From a virus (Duplodnaviria; Caudoviricetes): 57,006 bases of DNA. The stretch covers positions 1-57,006 of the IMG/VR virus record IMGVR_UViG_3300009163_000040. The stretch is one strand, 5' to 3'. Position numbers and translations under genes: made by a program. Below are positions 9,100 to 17,685 of the stretch, in pieces (within the stretch, counting starts at the first letter, position 1; every line of letters starts with the position of its first letter). Below the pieces are notes generated by a model. It saw only the letters and a list, made by a program, of their open reading frames with translations, did not search any database and was not told the origin of the DNA.

Positions 9100-9128
9100 A
9101 TTATAACACGGGTCCGATACTCTGTCAA
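9100..9128 (-). promoter_or_regulatory. sigma70 early promoter P5
   Basis: TTGACA-17-TATAAT, TGn. Confidence 0.9.
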
Positions 9129-9406
9129 TCCCCCCGTCCCGCGATCCGGTCCGCCACGATTTGGGCGTACCCGGCTATATCCACCCACGAGTCGCGGTAG
9201 TTCGGATCGCCGTTCATGATCCGGGCGATCTTGTGCATAATCATTTCCAGCGACTCGCGCTGGTGCGCCTCCAGACGCTCCCACCCGGGCAACGTCCGCA
9301 CCGCGTCTTTCAGCTCCTGCGCTATGATCCCTTGGGTGCGAAAGTCCCCGTAGGCCGCGCCCCGCTGCGCGATTATCGCCTCCAGCTCAGTCTTCGATTG
9401 CTGCAT
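9125..9406 (-). CDS. DUF6378-like phage protein
   Basis: RGAAYGDF...KIARI.NGDP...DSWVDIAGYA. Confidence 0.75.
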   Translation of the reverse strand: MQQSKTELEAIIAQRGAAYGDFRTQGIIAQELKDAVRTLPGWERLEAHQRESLEMIMHKIARIMNGDPNYRDSWVDIAGYAQIVADRIAGRGD

Positions 9407-10571
9407 GCGCGAGCCCCCCCTTTCTATACCGCCCCTTCAGTGCATCGTCCGCGCCGGGATAGTTCAGCAGCTCCTGCACGATCTCCTCGGTCGTCTTCCC
9501 CTCTTGCAGCCCCCGCATCAGCGCCTCAGTCGTCCCCGATCGCCCGACGAGGCCGGTACCAAACCCGGACCGAATGCCTCGGCTACCCCTGTCCGATGTT
9601 TGACCTTCACGCGTGCGGGCTACGTACTCTTTAAGCTTGTCCAAATCCATCGGGTGTGCCACATCCATCAGCTCCTGTTCACCGGGGACGCCCTTAAGGT
9701 AGTCGTAATCCGGCAGCGTATGACCCTTCACCGCTTGCATCTCTTTCAACGCCAACAACCCCGTCTTCGCCTCGTCCCCGTAGTAGCCCGCGCCTTGCGG
9801 GCTCAGGTGTTTAGCCGTATCGAGGTGGTGACCCGATAACACCGACTCCAGCGCTCGATCGGACGCTTGCGCCGCGCCCCCGGTGGTGATCGGGTCGAAC
9901 GGGTTCAAATCGTAGCCGTGGCCGGGAAATAGAGGTACATTACCATAGTCCCCATGCGCTATACCGTGCGACATCACGTTGCCCGGTCGCCGCAGCTGGT
10001 TTACCCCGGTCAGGATGTCGAGTTTGTTCATATCCCCTCCAGCACGTATCGCGTCCAACATGGCGGCGTACCCGGTTCGCCCCATACCGGCGGGCATATC
10101 CATCGTGTCGAGATTGAACGCCATTGGAGTCTCACCATTCTTGCTTGGCAGTCGCTTGAGCTGCGTCAGCTGCGTCAAGTCGTCATCGAGTGCCACCTCC
10201 GGCAGGGTATATCCTTTCATATAGATGCGTCCCTGCTCCGTATTGGTGCGCGGGTTCATGAACGTCATCACACCGTCTTTAGGCAATTCTCCTCGACTCA
10301 GCCTTTGGAGATCCCTCACCGCGCCCGACGGATTGCCGGTTGGTAGTACCCGGTAGGTGAGCGGATCGCCGGTGGAGCTGAGAAATCGGCCCTCCTTCTG
10401 CATCCGAGTCAGCACATCGATTGGCATTTCGCCCGGGCGAATAGCGCGATCGGCGCTCGGGATCGCTTGCGCTCCGCGTCGCTGCGCTAGCATCGCGTGG
10501 CCGCGCCCCACGCCCCCCATGAGTTCATGAAAGCTGAGGCTCGAGGGTTTTGGTTTCGGTAGTGGTGGCAT
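9387..10571 (-). CDS. Hypothetical protein (394 aa) with C-terminal YRKGGLA motif; possible GNAT-like segment
   Basis: ORF track; overlaps both neighbours. Confidence 0.65.
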   Translation of the reverse strand: MPPLPKPKPSSLSFHELMGGVGRGHAMLAQRRGAQAIPSADRAIRPGEMPIDVLTRMQKEGRFLSSTGDPLTYRVLPTGNPSGAVRDLQRLSRGELPKDGVMTFMNPRTNTEQGRIYMKGYTLPEVALDDDLTQLTQLKRLPSKNGETPMAFNLDTMDMPAGMGRTGYAAMLDAIRAGGDMNKLDILTGVNQLRRPGNVMSHGIAHGDYGNVPLFPGHGYDLNPFDPITTGGAAQASDRALESVLSGHHLDTAKHLSPQGAGYYGDEAKTGLLALKEMQAVKGHTLPDYDYLKGVPGEQELMDVAHPMDLDKLKEYVARTREGQTSDRGSRGIRSGFGTGLVGRSGTTEALMRGLQEGKTTEEIVQELLNYPGADDALKGRYRKGGLAHAAIED

Positions 10572-11388
10572 CGAGTACCTCGTCGGATTGTTGAAGGGTC
10601 ATCAGGTGAACATTGATGGTTCGCTGCATCGGCTCCGAGTACCCCCCGGCCAGATTCCACACGAGGGGAACCCCGGCTATACGGGCGGCGAGAAAAATAC
10701 CCCGATCACGCTGCGCTAGCTCCATCTGCGTCAAGTATCCGGCCCCATAGGGATCCTCCACCCATGCGTCGGCTCCGGCCTGATACATGATTATACCCGG
10801 CTTGTGCCGCTCGATCAAGTCCCGCGTCCAACGACTCCATTCGGACGTGCTAAACCCCGATTGCGCCGCACCGATCGTGGGTCGCGTGACGTGCCGCACC
10901 CGGTTGGCGAGCTGCAAGTGGTCTATGATGTCCTGCGTCCCGTCCCCGTAGTGCCCGTCCCCGTCGATGATCAGCACACAGCGAGCACCGGCGCGCAGCG
11001 CCCGGATGGCTGAGATCATCAGGCCGTTGAACGTGCAGTACCCACCCCCGCCGTTCCACGCAGCGTGGTGGAATCCCTGCGTGGCCGAACACGCGATACC
11101 GCCGTGCTCCAGCACGTGGGCGGTCGCTGCCCAATGACCGCCGGTCGTGTACCGCAGCGCCTCGTTCACCTCCGGGTCGCGATTGCCGAACCCATTGTGC
11201 GCCTTGCGAGTCATCACCGCACGAACGTACTCCGCGTTGTGAGCGGTCGCCAGCGTCGGGTTGTCGAATCGGGCGAAGTCGCTGTGTGGCTTGCGCCCCG
11301 ACTGCTCCACGAACTCGGGGATCTTGTTAATGGATATAAACGAGAAGCCGACGTCCTGCGCCGGGTGGTAGAAGATGGGGGTGGTCAT
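10525..11388 (-). CDS. Zn-dependent histone deacetylase (HDAC/AcuC/AphA) family protein
   Basis: GFHHA, GGYCTFN, IIDGDGHYGDGT, YQAGAD...DP.G, LAGGY motifs; start trimmed to MTTPIFY. Confidence 0.92.
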   Translation of the reverse strand: MTTPIFYHPAQDVGFSFISINKIPEFVEQSGRKPHSDFARFDNPTLATAHNAEYVRAVMTRKAHNGFGNRDPEVNEALRYTTGGHWAATAHVLEHGGIACSATQGFHHAAWNGGGGYCTFNGLMISAIRALRAGARCVLIIDGDGHYGDGTQDIIDHLQLANRVRHVTRPTIGAAQSGFSTSEWSRWTRDLIERHKPGIIMYQAGADAWVEDPYGAGYLTQMELAQRDRGIFLAARIAGVPLVWNLAGGYSEPMQRTINVHLMTLQQSDEVLDATTTETKTLEPQLS

Positions 11389-11395
11389 GCTATAT

Positions 11396-11698
11396 CTAGT
11401 CCTCTGTGTTGGTGGTGGTGGGGGACGAATTATACCACGCGTGGGACACCCTGTCAACCCCCTTCTTGCGCTTCACAGCACTGCGGACGAGTGCCGCCGT
11501 GGAGTCGCGCAGGAACGCAGCCATCACCTCGGACCCGCGCTCCTTCTCGGCGCGGAGCATGTCCGCCTCCTCCGCGTTCTCCCGCGTCGTGAATCGGAAG
11601 TCGCAGTGCAGACAAATCCGGCGGCGGCGGGTGGTGTTGTTCGAGTTTTGGTAGGTGGTCGAAACGTTCGTCGCTTCCCCGCATTTAACACAATTCAT
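11396..11698 (-). CDS. NrdR N-terminal-like zinc-ribbon protein
   Basis: MNCVKCG...T.V...TRRRRICLHCDFRFTTRE. Confidence 0.7.
   Translation of the reverse strand: MNCVKCGEATNVSTTYQNSNNTTRRRRICLHCDFRFTTRENAEEADMLRAEKERGSEVMAAFLRDSTAALVRSAVKRKKGVDRVSHAWYNSSPTTTNTED
11429..11457 (-). promoter_or_regulatory. sigma70 promoter P6 driving the HDAC operon
   Basis: TTGACA-17-TATAAT, TGn. Confidence 0.88.
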
Positions 11699-12258
11699 AG
11701 CCACCCCCCATCTATACCGATCTCGCGTATCGCCTCCCGCACCCCGGTCCGAATCGAGAGCGCGGGGTATTGGGCCTCGTAGTCGGTCACCATCTGCGCC
11801 AATATGTACCGCAGTCCATCGAGCACCTGCCGAGCGTGAGCCCCTACGCCGTTGTCCTGCAAAAAGTAGATCGCCTCGATTTGGTCCGCGAGCTTTACGA
11901 TCATCTCCACCTCGGTGCCCTTGATCGCCCGGTACGCGCCGCCCATGTCCCGATCCACCGCATCTTCGGCACGCTCCACGATCCCCGGCCCGCCCACCTG
12001 CTCCAGTGCCCGTTTGAATGGTGTCGGCATATCCCCGGTACGCACTTCGACGAGATCGTGCGAGAGTGCCCATTGGACCAGTCGCAGCTGGTTCGAGTCG
12101 TGCAGCAGCCCCGTCCAGCGGATGCGAGCGGCAATGGATCCGGCGATCACCGCGACGGCAAAAGAGTGTTCGGCCAACGTCTGTTCCCGCGACGTCTGCA
12201 CGATGTGCCAGCGGCGCACGTGGCATGCCCGCAGTTGTTCGGCTGTAGTGAGTGCCAT
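11695..12258 (-). CDS. datZ: HD-domain dATP triphosphohydrolase (Z-genome dATPase)
   Basis: VRRWHIV...LAEHS...WAL.HDL.EV.TGD.PTPFK...VKLAD.IEA; linked to purZ. Confidence 0.85.
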   Translation of the reverse strand: MALTTAEQLRACHVRRWHIVQTSREQTLAEHSFAVAVIAGSIAARIRWTGLLHDSNQLRLVQWALSHDLVEVRTGDMPTPFKRALEQVGGPGIVERAEDAVDRDMGGAYRAIKGTEVEMIVKLADQIEAIYFLQDNGVGAHARQVLDGLRYILAQMVTDYEAQYPALSIRTGVREAIREIGIDGGWL

Positions 12259-12259
12259 G

Positions 12260-12553
12260 CTAGTGTAGTCCTTTTCTATACTGTTTAATAAATACCCCGA
12301 ACGATTCCCGAGTGTCGCTCGGAAACGCTCGCATCTGCGAGATTTGGTACGCCACCATTTCGAGCGCTGAATTCCACCCGAAGACGTACACCAACTCGGC
12401 CTCCTTTACCACGTCGCGCTCGATGAACGTTCGCAGCTCTGCGACCTCCTCGTGCAATCGCTCGATGAGCATTTGTTGGCTTATTATCCCTGACTGGTGC
12501 GCCGGGTGCTCCTCGCACCGCTGGCCGAAATCCTTAATATCGTCGTACTTCAC
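12260..12553 (-). CDS. Hypothetical protein (97 aa)
   Basis: Packed ORF with GTGA overlap. Confidence 0.6.
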   Translation of the reverse strand: MKYDDIKDFGQRCEEHPAHQSGIISQQMLIERLHEEVAELRTFIERDVVKEAELVYVFGWNSALEMVAYQISQMRAFPSDTRESFGVFIKQYRKGLH

Positions 12554-12795
12554 GCGTTCTTCTCCTCAAAAGTGCCGTCCAGCCATGCATCCAGCTTCGC
12601 ATGGAGCCAAGCCCTGTTGCGCTCACCGGCTGTTTGGCCGTTGGTGGTCATCCGTGGGTTTGTCAGCAAACTCCCAAACCCTTTACTGGAAGAAAACTCT
12701 ATTCGCTCCAACGCTGTCTTGACACCGATAATACCAAGTGCCCCCGACTCAAGTGCCCTCGACTCAAATCCCTCTATTAATACTTCTTCGGTCAT
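12550..12795 (-). CDS. Hypothetical protein (81 aa)
   Basis: Start MTEEVL, AGGAG RBS, ATGA overlap. Confidence 0.55.
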   Translation of the reverse strand: MTEEVLIEGFESRALESGALGIIGVKTALERIEFSSSKGFGSLLTNPRMTTNGQTAGERNRAWLHAKLDAWLDGTFEEKNA

Positions 12796-13001
12796 GTGTT
12801 TTTCTCCTTGAGTTTGGCTGTGGCGAGTCGCGCAGCGTGGTCGACGTTTCGTGCGGTTCTGAATATCTCGGCGTAGTCTTGTGGTGTTAGGTCTGCCCAC
12901 GGGCGCTGTGGTGCGATACGAACAACCTTTGTTCCATCAGCAAAATATTCAACCACATCTTCCACAGGCTCCTGCGCTGGCTGTGCTTTGTTGTTATCCA
13001 T
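12792..13001 (-). CDS. Small modular protein MDNNKAQ...AKLKEKNT (copy 1)
   Basis: Paralog of 13179-13388. Confidence 0.65.
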   Translation of the reverse strand: MDNNKAQPAQEPVEDVVEYFADGTKVVRIAPQRPWADLTPQDYAEIFRTARNVDHAARLATAKLKEKNT

Positions 13002-13182
13002 TGTTCTTCTCCTCTTCAAGCTTAGCGTTAAACGGATGCTTATGCCAACCGCTTACGTCATCTTTGCTTCTGTACTTGACCCGCACAGTATTACCTGTGA
13101 CTTGAAAACGCTCTGGCTCAAGGTTGTCTTCCATGTCTAAGATGTCTTTGTTTGTCCACCCACCTTTTGTTATCAATATCAT
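12994..13182 (-). CDS. Hypothetical protein (62 aa)
   Basis: ORF track, AGGAG RBS. Confidence 0.55.
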   Translation of the reverse strand: MILITKGGWTNKDILDMEDNLEPERFQVTGNTVRVKYRSKDDVSGWHKHPFNAKLEEEKNNG

Positions 13183-13388
13183 GTGTTCTTCTCCTTGAGT
13201 TTGGCTTCGATGGCTTTGAAATAAACATTGATGTTTGATACCAGCGGCTGTGCATCAACTACGGCTTGCATCTCCTCATCAGTCAGCCCTACCCACGGGC
13301 GCTTTGCTGCAATACGAACAGTCCTTGTCCCATCAGCAAAATACTCAACCACATCCTCCACAAGTTCCTGTGCTTTGTTGTTATCCAT
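13179..13388 (-). CDS. Small modular protein MDNNKAQ...WVGLTDEE...AIEAKLKEKNT (copy 2)
   Basis: Paralog of 12792-13001. Confidence 0.65.
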   Translation of the reverse strand: MDNNKAQELVEDVVEYFADGTRTVRIAAKRPWVGLTDEEMQAVVDAQPLVSNINVYFKAIEAKLKEKNT

Positions 13389-13629
13389 TGTTCTTCTCCT
13401 TAACCCAAGTGCAAGCAAAGCACACTTTCATCATCCAGCGCACAAACCAATTTGGTTCTTGCCCTTTAACGGGAATCCAAACAATGCCTCGGTTGCCTTG
13501 TGGGGTGTTGCCAAACAAATAGCACTTCCATTCCGAGCGTTCAGGCTCCTGCGCTGGCTCTGTGTGATGTACAAGGTACATCCCGTCCTCGTCAAGAGCC
13601 GCTGCCTTCTTTGATTTAAATCCCGTCAT
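13381..13629 (-). CDS. Hypothetical protein (82 aa)
   Basis: Start MTGFKSKK, ATGA overlap. Confidence 0.55.
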   Translation of the reverse strand: MTGFKSKKAAALDEDGMYLVHHTEPAQEPERSEWKCYLFGNTPQGNRGIVWIPVKGQEPNWFVRWMMKVCFACTWVKEKNNG

Positions 13630-13844
13630 GACTTCCACCACGCGAAAGCGAGTATACCAGCCACACCGATCACAAATAGCCAAGTGATCAATTGCGCGAA
13701 TGTAGCGAATGCCTCGCCCATCGGGTCGTCCAGCCGCCCATCGTTGTAACCGTTGGCGTACGCGTCATTCACCTCCTTTATGCGCTGCTTCCGCACAGGA
13801 CAGTCAGGACCGTTGGTGCATTTTCCATAGTCACAACATGTCAT
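13626..13844 (-). CDS. Small Cys-rich protein with C-terminal TM helix
   Basis: MTCCDYGKCTNGPDCPVR...LITWLFVIGVAGILAFAWW. Confidence 0.6.
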   Translation of the reverse strand: MTCCDYGKCTNGPDCPVRKQRIKEVNDAYANGYNDGRLDDPMGEAFATFAQLITWLFVIGVAGILAFAWWKS

Positions 13845-14062
13845 TCCGCACGCTCCTCATTCTTGTAGGTTCGCAGATGCGCGTTGAGTCGAGCGATACG
13901 CACATCGTTGTAGTCCACGATCGATTGCGCGTAGTCCACCGCCGTCTCGGCTTCAAGCTTCTCCATGTGTGCTTGCGCCAGCTCCCGGCTTACCATCTCC
14001 AGTGGCGTCGGCTCGCGCAGCCGTTCTTTCACCGTGTCGAATAGTCCCATTCTTTTCATCAT
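13841..14062 (-). CDS. Hypothetical coiled-coil protein
   Basis: Start MMKRMG; ATGA overlaps on both sides. Confidence 0.6.
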   Translation of the reverse strand: MMKRMGLFDTVKERLREPTPLEMVSRELAQAHMEKLEAETAVDYAQSIVDYNDVRIARLNAHLRTYKNEERAE

Positions 14063-14271
14063 CGCATCACCTTCATTCTTCGAATCTGGTCGCTTATCTG
14101 GTTCCCAGTCAGCTCCTCGAACAGTTGGAACTCGTACTGCTTGGCTACTTGCTCCAGCATCGCGTTCCATATGCGTCGAATATTATCCCGATTCTCGTCG
14201 TCTTCCGAGCCGAGCAGTCTCCCGAACATTTCGTTGTAGAACTTCTCGAACTCCTCTTTAGGTTGGTACAT
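14059..14271 (-). CDS. Hypothetical protein (70 aa)
   Basis: GAGGA RBS. Confidence 0.55.
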   Translation of the reverse strand: MYQPKEEFEKFYNEMFGRLLGSEDDENRDNIRRIWNAMLEQVAKQYEFQLFEELTGNQISDQIRRMKVMR

Positions 14272-14758
14272 GGCGCATTATCCTCGTGTTTTCATCCACT
14301 TGCCAAGATCGGCCCTCGTTGATCTCCATTTTCTCCTCTATCGCCCTATGTACGTCTATACCGTTTTGGTGTGCCACATCCAGCATCAGTATCATTACGT
14401 CCCCCAATTCCAGTGCCGATTTGGGGTTACGAGCGTACTCACCCACTTCCTCGTAGAGCTTGAGTAGAATATCCGCCGTCGTGCGCTTCGGAAAGTTATC
14501 GTCAGCCCACCGCGTGATCCTATCCTGTAATTGCCGAATGTCGGCACCCCCGCGCTTCTTGTAGGCATTGACTGCACGAACAGCAAGCGCTGCATTCTTG
14601 TCGCAGTTCGCGAGCACCCCTCGATAGTGGTGACGGACTTCGAAAGACGCGATGGTAGCGCCGTGCGCGTCGATAATCTGCGCGTTGTCGATCGAGGAGA
14701 CTTCCCACGGGAGTTCATTCACTTCATCCGTGTGTGTGTGCGATTCTGCCTGTAACAT
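14258..14758 (-). CDS. mazZ: MazG-like/DUF550 (d)GTP pyrophosphohydrolase with N-terminal extension
   Basis: W...FP...LLKLYEEVGE...ELGDV.I...D...K..IN..R.W; adjacent to purZ. Confidence 0.8.
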   Translation of the reverse strand: MLQAESHTHTDEVNELPWEVSSIDNAQIIDAHGATIASFEVRHHYRGVLANCDKNAALAVRAVNAYKKRGGADIRQLQDRITRWADDNFPKRTTADILLKLYEEVGEYARNPKSALELGDVMILMLDVAHQNGIDVHRAIEEKMEINEGRSWQVDENTRIMRHVPT

Positions 14759-15833
14759 ATGCTCTCCAAAGTTGTACTATCTGCTCTTGCGATCTCACCT
14801 CGAACACGTCATCGTAGGACGGCCCGAGCCCCACCCACCGCACCACGGCCCCGGTGGCGACGATGCCGTTCACCACGGTGCGCACCTCCACCTCATCGCG
14901 GCAATAATTGAGGAAATTAAGGAACACCTCGTTCGCCGAATTGTAGCGAATGGCCTCGTAAATCTGCTTTTTGCTGAACGTGAACACCCGCCTCGGTAGC
15001 TTGGTCACTGTGGTCAGCTCGGTGGGCTGGCCCAATTCCTCGAACGAGATTTCGCGCTGGTCATCGTAGCAAGGCCCCGAGTACCCTACCTGCGTGCCCT
15101 CGGTGTCGAATCGGTTGGCCACGCGAATAGGGAACGTGCGACAGGTGCCGATGATCTGTATTCGACCATCCAATCCCACCACCGAGCCACCAATGCCGCA
15201 GTCGGCCAAGATCTGCCACGCGCTCACATCGCGGGAGGTGGTGTAGGGATAAAACCCGTGGTACATCGAGAGCCCGTAGCCCTGCGCACCCTCGATCAGT
15301 ATGGAGTTAGCCCGCTCCAACTGCTCCGTGTACTCCTCGGTGGTGCACACGTATTTACTAATCGCGGTCTCGCACGCCCCGGCTATGTTCATATCGTCCG
15401 GGTCGCGCCGGATGCGTTGAATCATCGCCGCGCCCACGCCCTTTTTGGTAGACCCAATCTTGGTCATCGGTCCCGCCTCCTCGGCTATATGCCGGTCGGT
15501 CGCAATCGCTGCGTGCGGGTGAATGCAAATTCGTACACCCTCCAGTAGGTCCGCGCAGCTTTCGATCTCCGCTACTAGCTGCTCCGGGTTGATTACCGAG
15601 CCGGGTCCGAGTAGCACCCGGCGAACGGAAGCGGAGACGATGCCGTTGCCCAAGTGCGTGTGCACGAATTTACGTTTTCCCAGCCTCTCGCTCGTGATAT
15701 AGGTGTGCCCCGCGTTCGGTGCCCACGCCGTTACTATCGTATCGGGTTGTTTATCCTCGGCGATTTTGCCCACGATCAGCCCCTTGCCGGTGCTGCCGTA
15801 TTGCAAATCCACTACCATCGTAATTGCTGCCAT
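14724..15833 (-). CDS. purZ: N6-succino-2-amino-2'-deoxyadenylate synthase
   Basis: PurA fold with DLQYGSTGKG (Ser replacing the catalytic Asp of PurA GDEGKG), PNAGHT, EGAQG, YPYTTSRD, ELTTVTK..RRVF, FLNFLNY. Confidence 0.95.
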   Translation of the reverse strand: MAAITMVVDLQYGSTGKGLIVGKIAEDKQPDTIVTAWAPNAGHTYITSERLGKRKFVHTHLGNGIVSASVRRVLLGPGSVINPEQLVAEIESCADLLEGVRICIHPHAAIATDRHIAEEAGPMTKIGSTKKGVGAAMIQRIRRDPDDMNIAGACETAISKYVCTTEEYTEQLERANSILIEGAQGYGLSMYHGFYPYTTSRDVSAWQILADCGIGGSVVGLDGRIQIIGTCRTFPIRVANRFDTEGTQVGYSGPCYDDQREISFEELGQPTELTTVTKLPRRVFTFSKKQIYEAIRYNSANEVFLNFLNYCRDEVEVRTVVNGIVATGAVVRWVGLGPSYDDVFEVRSQEQIVQLWRAYVTGRIAHTHG

Positions 15834-15849
15834 AATGTGTGTTTATCCT

Positions 15850-17685
15850 CTATCCTTTTGCTGCATACCAGTCTTCCCCTACGCCCCAGTCGCACGTGAT
15901 TGGTACACGTAGCCGAATGGGACATTCTACACCATCGAAGGTCGTGTAGATTCGGGCCACCTCTGTCGCTTTATGCGACGAATCACTATCGAGCGATATT
16001 CCCACCTCATCGTGCACAGTGAGCAGCAGCCGCCCACAGGCCTCGGCACTGAGGTACTTGTGCAGCTCGATGAGTTTGAGCTTCATGCAGTCCGCGCTGG
16101 TCGCTTGGTAGATCAGCCCCGACGCCTTGTGCACGAATTGTCCGCCGGGGAACCGCAGTCGCCGCCCCATGATCGAGTGCACCGAGCCGCGCTCCTTGGC
16201 GATGCTGCTCGCCTTCTGCGCCGTGTTGCGCATTCCGGGGTTCGCCGCGTGGTACTTGTCGAATAACGCCAACGCCTCGGGTCCGGCTTTAAGGTAAATG
16301 TTATCGTTCGGCCCCTTCTCCTCCGTATACGGAAGTCCGCACTCCTGCGCCAACCGGCCCGAGCCCATGTTGAACGCGAGCCCGAGGTTGATCGATTTGG
16401 AAGACGGCCCGCCCGCATACTGAGCGTTGCGGGGAATGCCGGTCATATCCGATACCAGCTGGTGGAAGTCGAGGTCGGGGTTTTGCGCATACGCTTGAAG
16501 AATAGCGGGTACCTGACCGTAATGGTTAGCAACACGAAATTCAAACTGGCTCCAGTCCAAACCCAGCCAATTGGCCCCAAAGTCTGGCTTGAATATGGGG
16601 CGCACCAACGACTTAATATGTTGATCACGCGAGGGGATCTGTTGTAGAGCCGGGTTTGTGATTGAAAGTCGTCCAGTTCCGGTGCCAGCCTCAGCATCGT
16701 TCTTAGTCTGATTGTAATTGCAGTGTATGACGCCATCATGTTGATGCCCCAGTATATGCCCTTTAAGAAATGTATCCCGCGTTTTGAGCGCTTTGCGCAA
16801 ATCCAGTATCATCGTCGCCGCCGGGTGTTTCATCCGCCGTAAGCAGTCCGCGTTGATTGACGCCTTGCCCCCATCGGTCTTGTCGGCCCGGGTGCCGTCG
16901 TTCAAGTACCACTCACCATCCTCGCCGAGCGTCGGCTTGAATAGCTGCACGATCGATCCCGAGGGGTTCGGGTTGACCTCGAAGCCCGCCAGCGTATTCA
17001 GACCCCGCTGCAATTCGTCGATGCGCACGGTGAGCCCCCGAACGGCCCGCTCGGCCTGCTGCACGTCCACCCGCACCCCCTGCTCCTCCATGTCCATAAT
17101 CACCGGCATCAGGTCGCGCTCCAACCGGTGCACCCGGTACAGGTCCTGCCGCTCGATCTCGGGCACCTGCCAATTATACAGTGCCAGCGTTACTACCGCG
17201 TCTTGGATCGCATAGCGGGCAACCATCGACTCGGGCGCTCGGCTGATGTTGGGCATCTGCGCGTTCCGTGTTGCGCGACCCCCGAATATCTGCGCCATTT
17301 CCGTGTATATCTCCTCCTCTTTCTTCATCCCGCAGTATTTACGGGCGAGGAAGTCCAAGGTGTACACGGGCTCGTGCTCCGAGATCAGCGCGGCCCGCAC
17401 CATCGTGCAATCGATGCGGTCCAGCGGTATCGCCACCCCGGCCTCGCGCAGGAAGTGCAGGTCGAATTTCAGATTGTGGCCCACCCATATGTCCACCCGG
17501 CGCTCGGCGACCAGATCGTTGAGCCACTGGATCACACCCGGGTCGGTGCGCACATCCCAGTAGGCCGAAAAATCGGGAAGCGCGATGGAAACGCCGAACA
17601 GCCGGTCCTCCCACCACTTCAACCCCGTGGTCTCGGTATCCACCACCATTACCGGCGCGTGGTCGATTCGGGGGAATGCGGCCAT
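15850..17685 (-). CDS. dpoZ: Family A DNA polymerase (3'-5' exo + pol), DpoZ-like
   Basis: DTETTGL, HNLKFD, YAIQDA; TGRLS...PALQQIP, DWSQFEFR, KSINLGLAF, TVHDE; directly upstream of purZ. Confidence 0.85.
   Translation of the reverse strand: MAAFPRIDHAPVMVVDTETTGLKWWEDRLFGVSIALPDFSAYWDVRTDPGVIQWLNDLVAERRVDIWVGHNLKFDLHFLREAGVAIPLDRIDCTMVRAALISEHEPVYTLDFLARKYCGMKKEEEIYTEMAQIFGGRATRNAQMPNISRAPESMVARYAIQDAVVTLALYNWQVPEIERQDLYRVHRLERDLMPVIMDMEEQGVRVDVQQAERAVRGLTVRIDELQRGLNTLAGFEVNPNPSGSIVQLFKPTLGEDGEWYLNDGTRADKTDGGKASINADCLRRMKHPAATMILDLRKALKTRDTFLKGHILGHQHDGVIHCNYNQTKNDAEAGTGTGRLSITNPALQQIPSRDQHIKSLVRPIFKPDFGANWLGLDWSQFEFRVANHYGQVPAILQAYAQNPDLDFHQLVSDMTGIPRNAQYAGGPSSKSINLGLAFNMGSGRLAQECGLPYTEEKGPNDNIYLKAGPEALALFDKYHAANPGMRNTAQKASSIAKERGSVHSIMGRRLRFPGGQFVHKASGLIYQATSADCMKLKLIELHKYLSAEACGRLLLTVHDEVGISLDSDSSHKATEVARIYTTFDGVECPIRLRVPITCDWGVGEDWYAAKG

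Noticed and set aside
14724-15833. Ordinary purA auxiliary metabolic gene
   Set aside because: GSTGKG instead of GDEGKG, NFLN instead of TKLD, and linkage to datZ, mazZ and polA indicate PurZ
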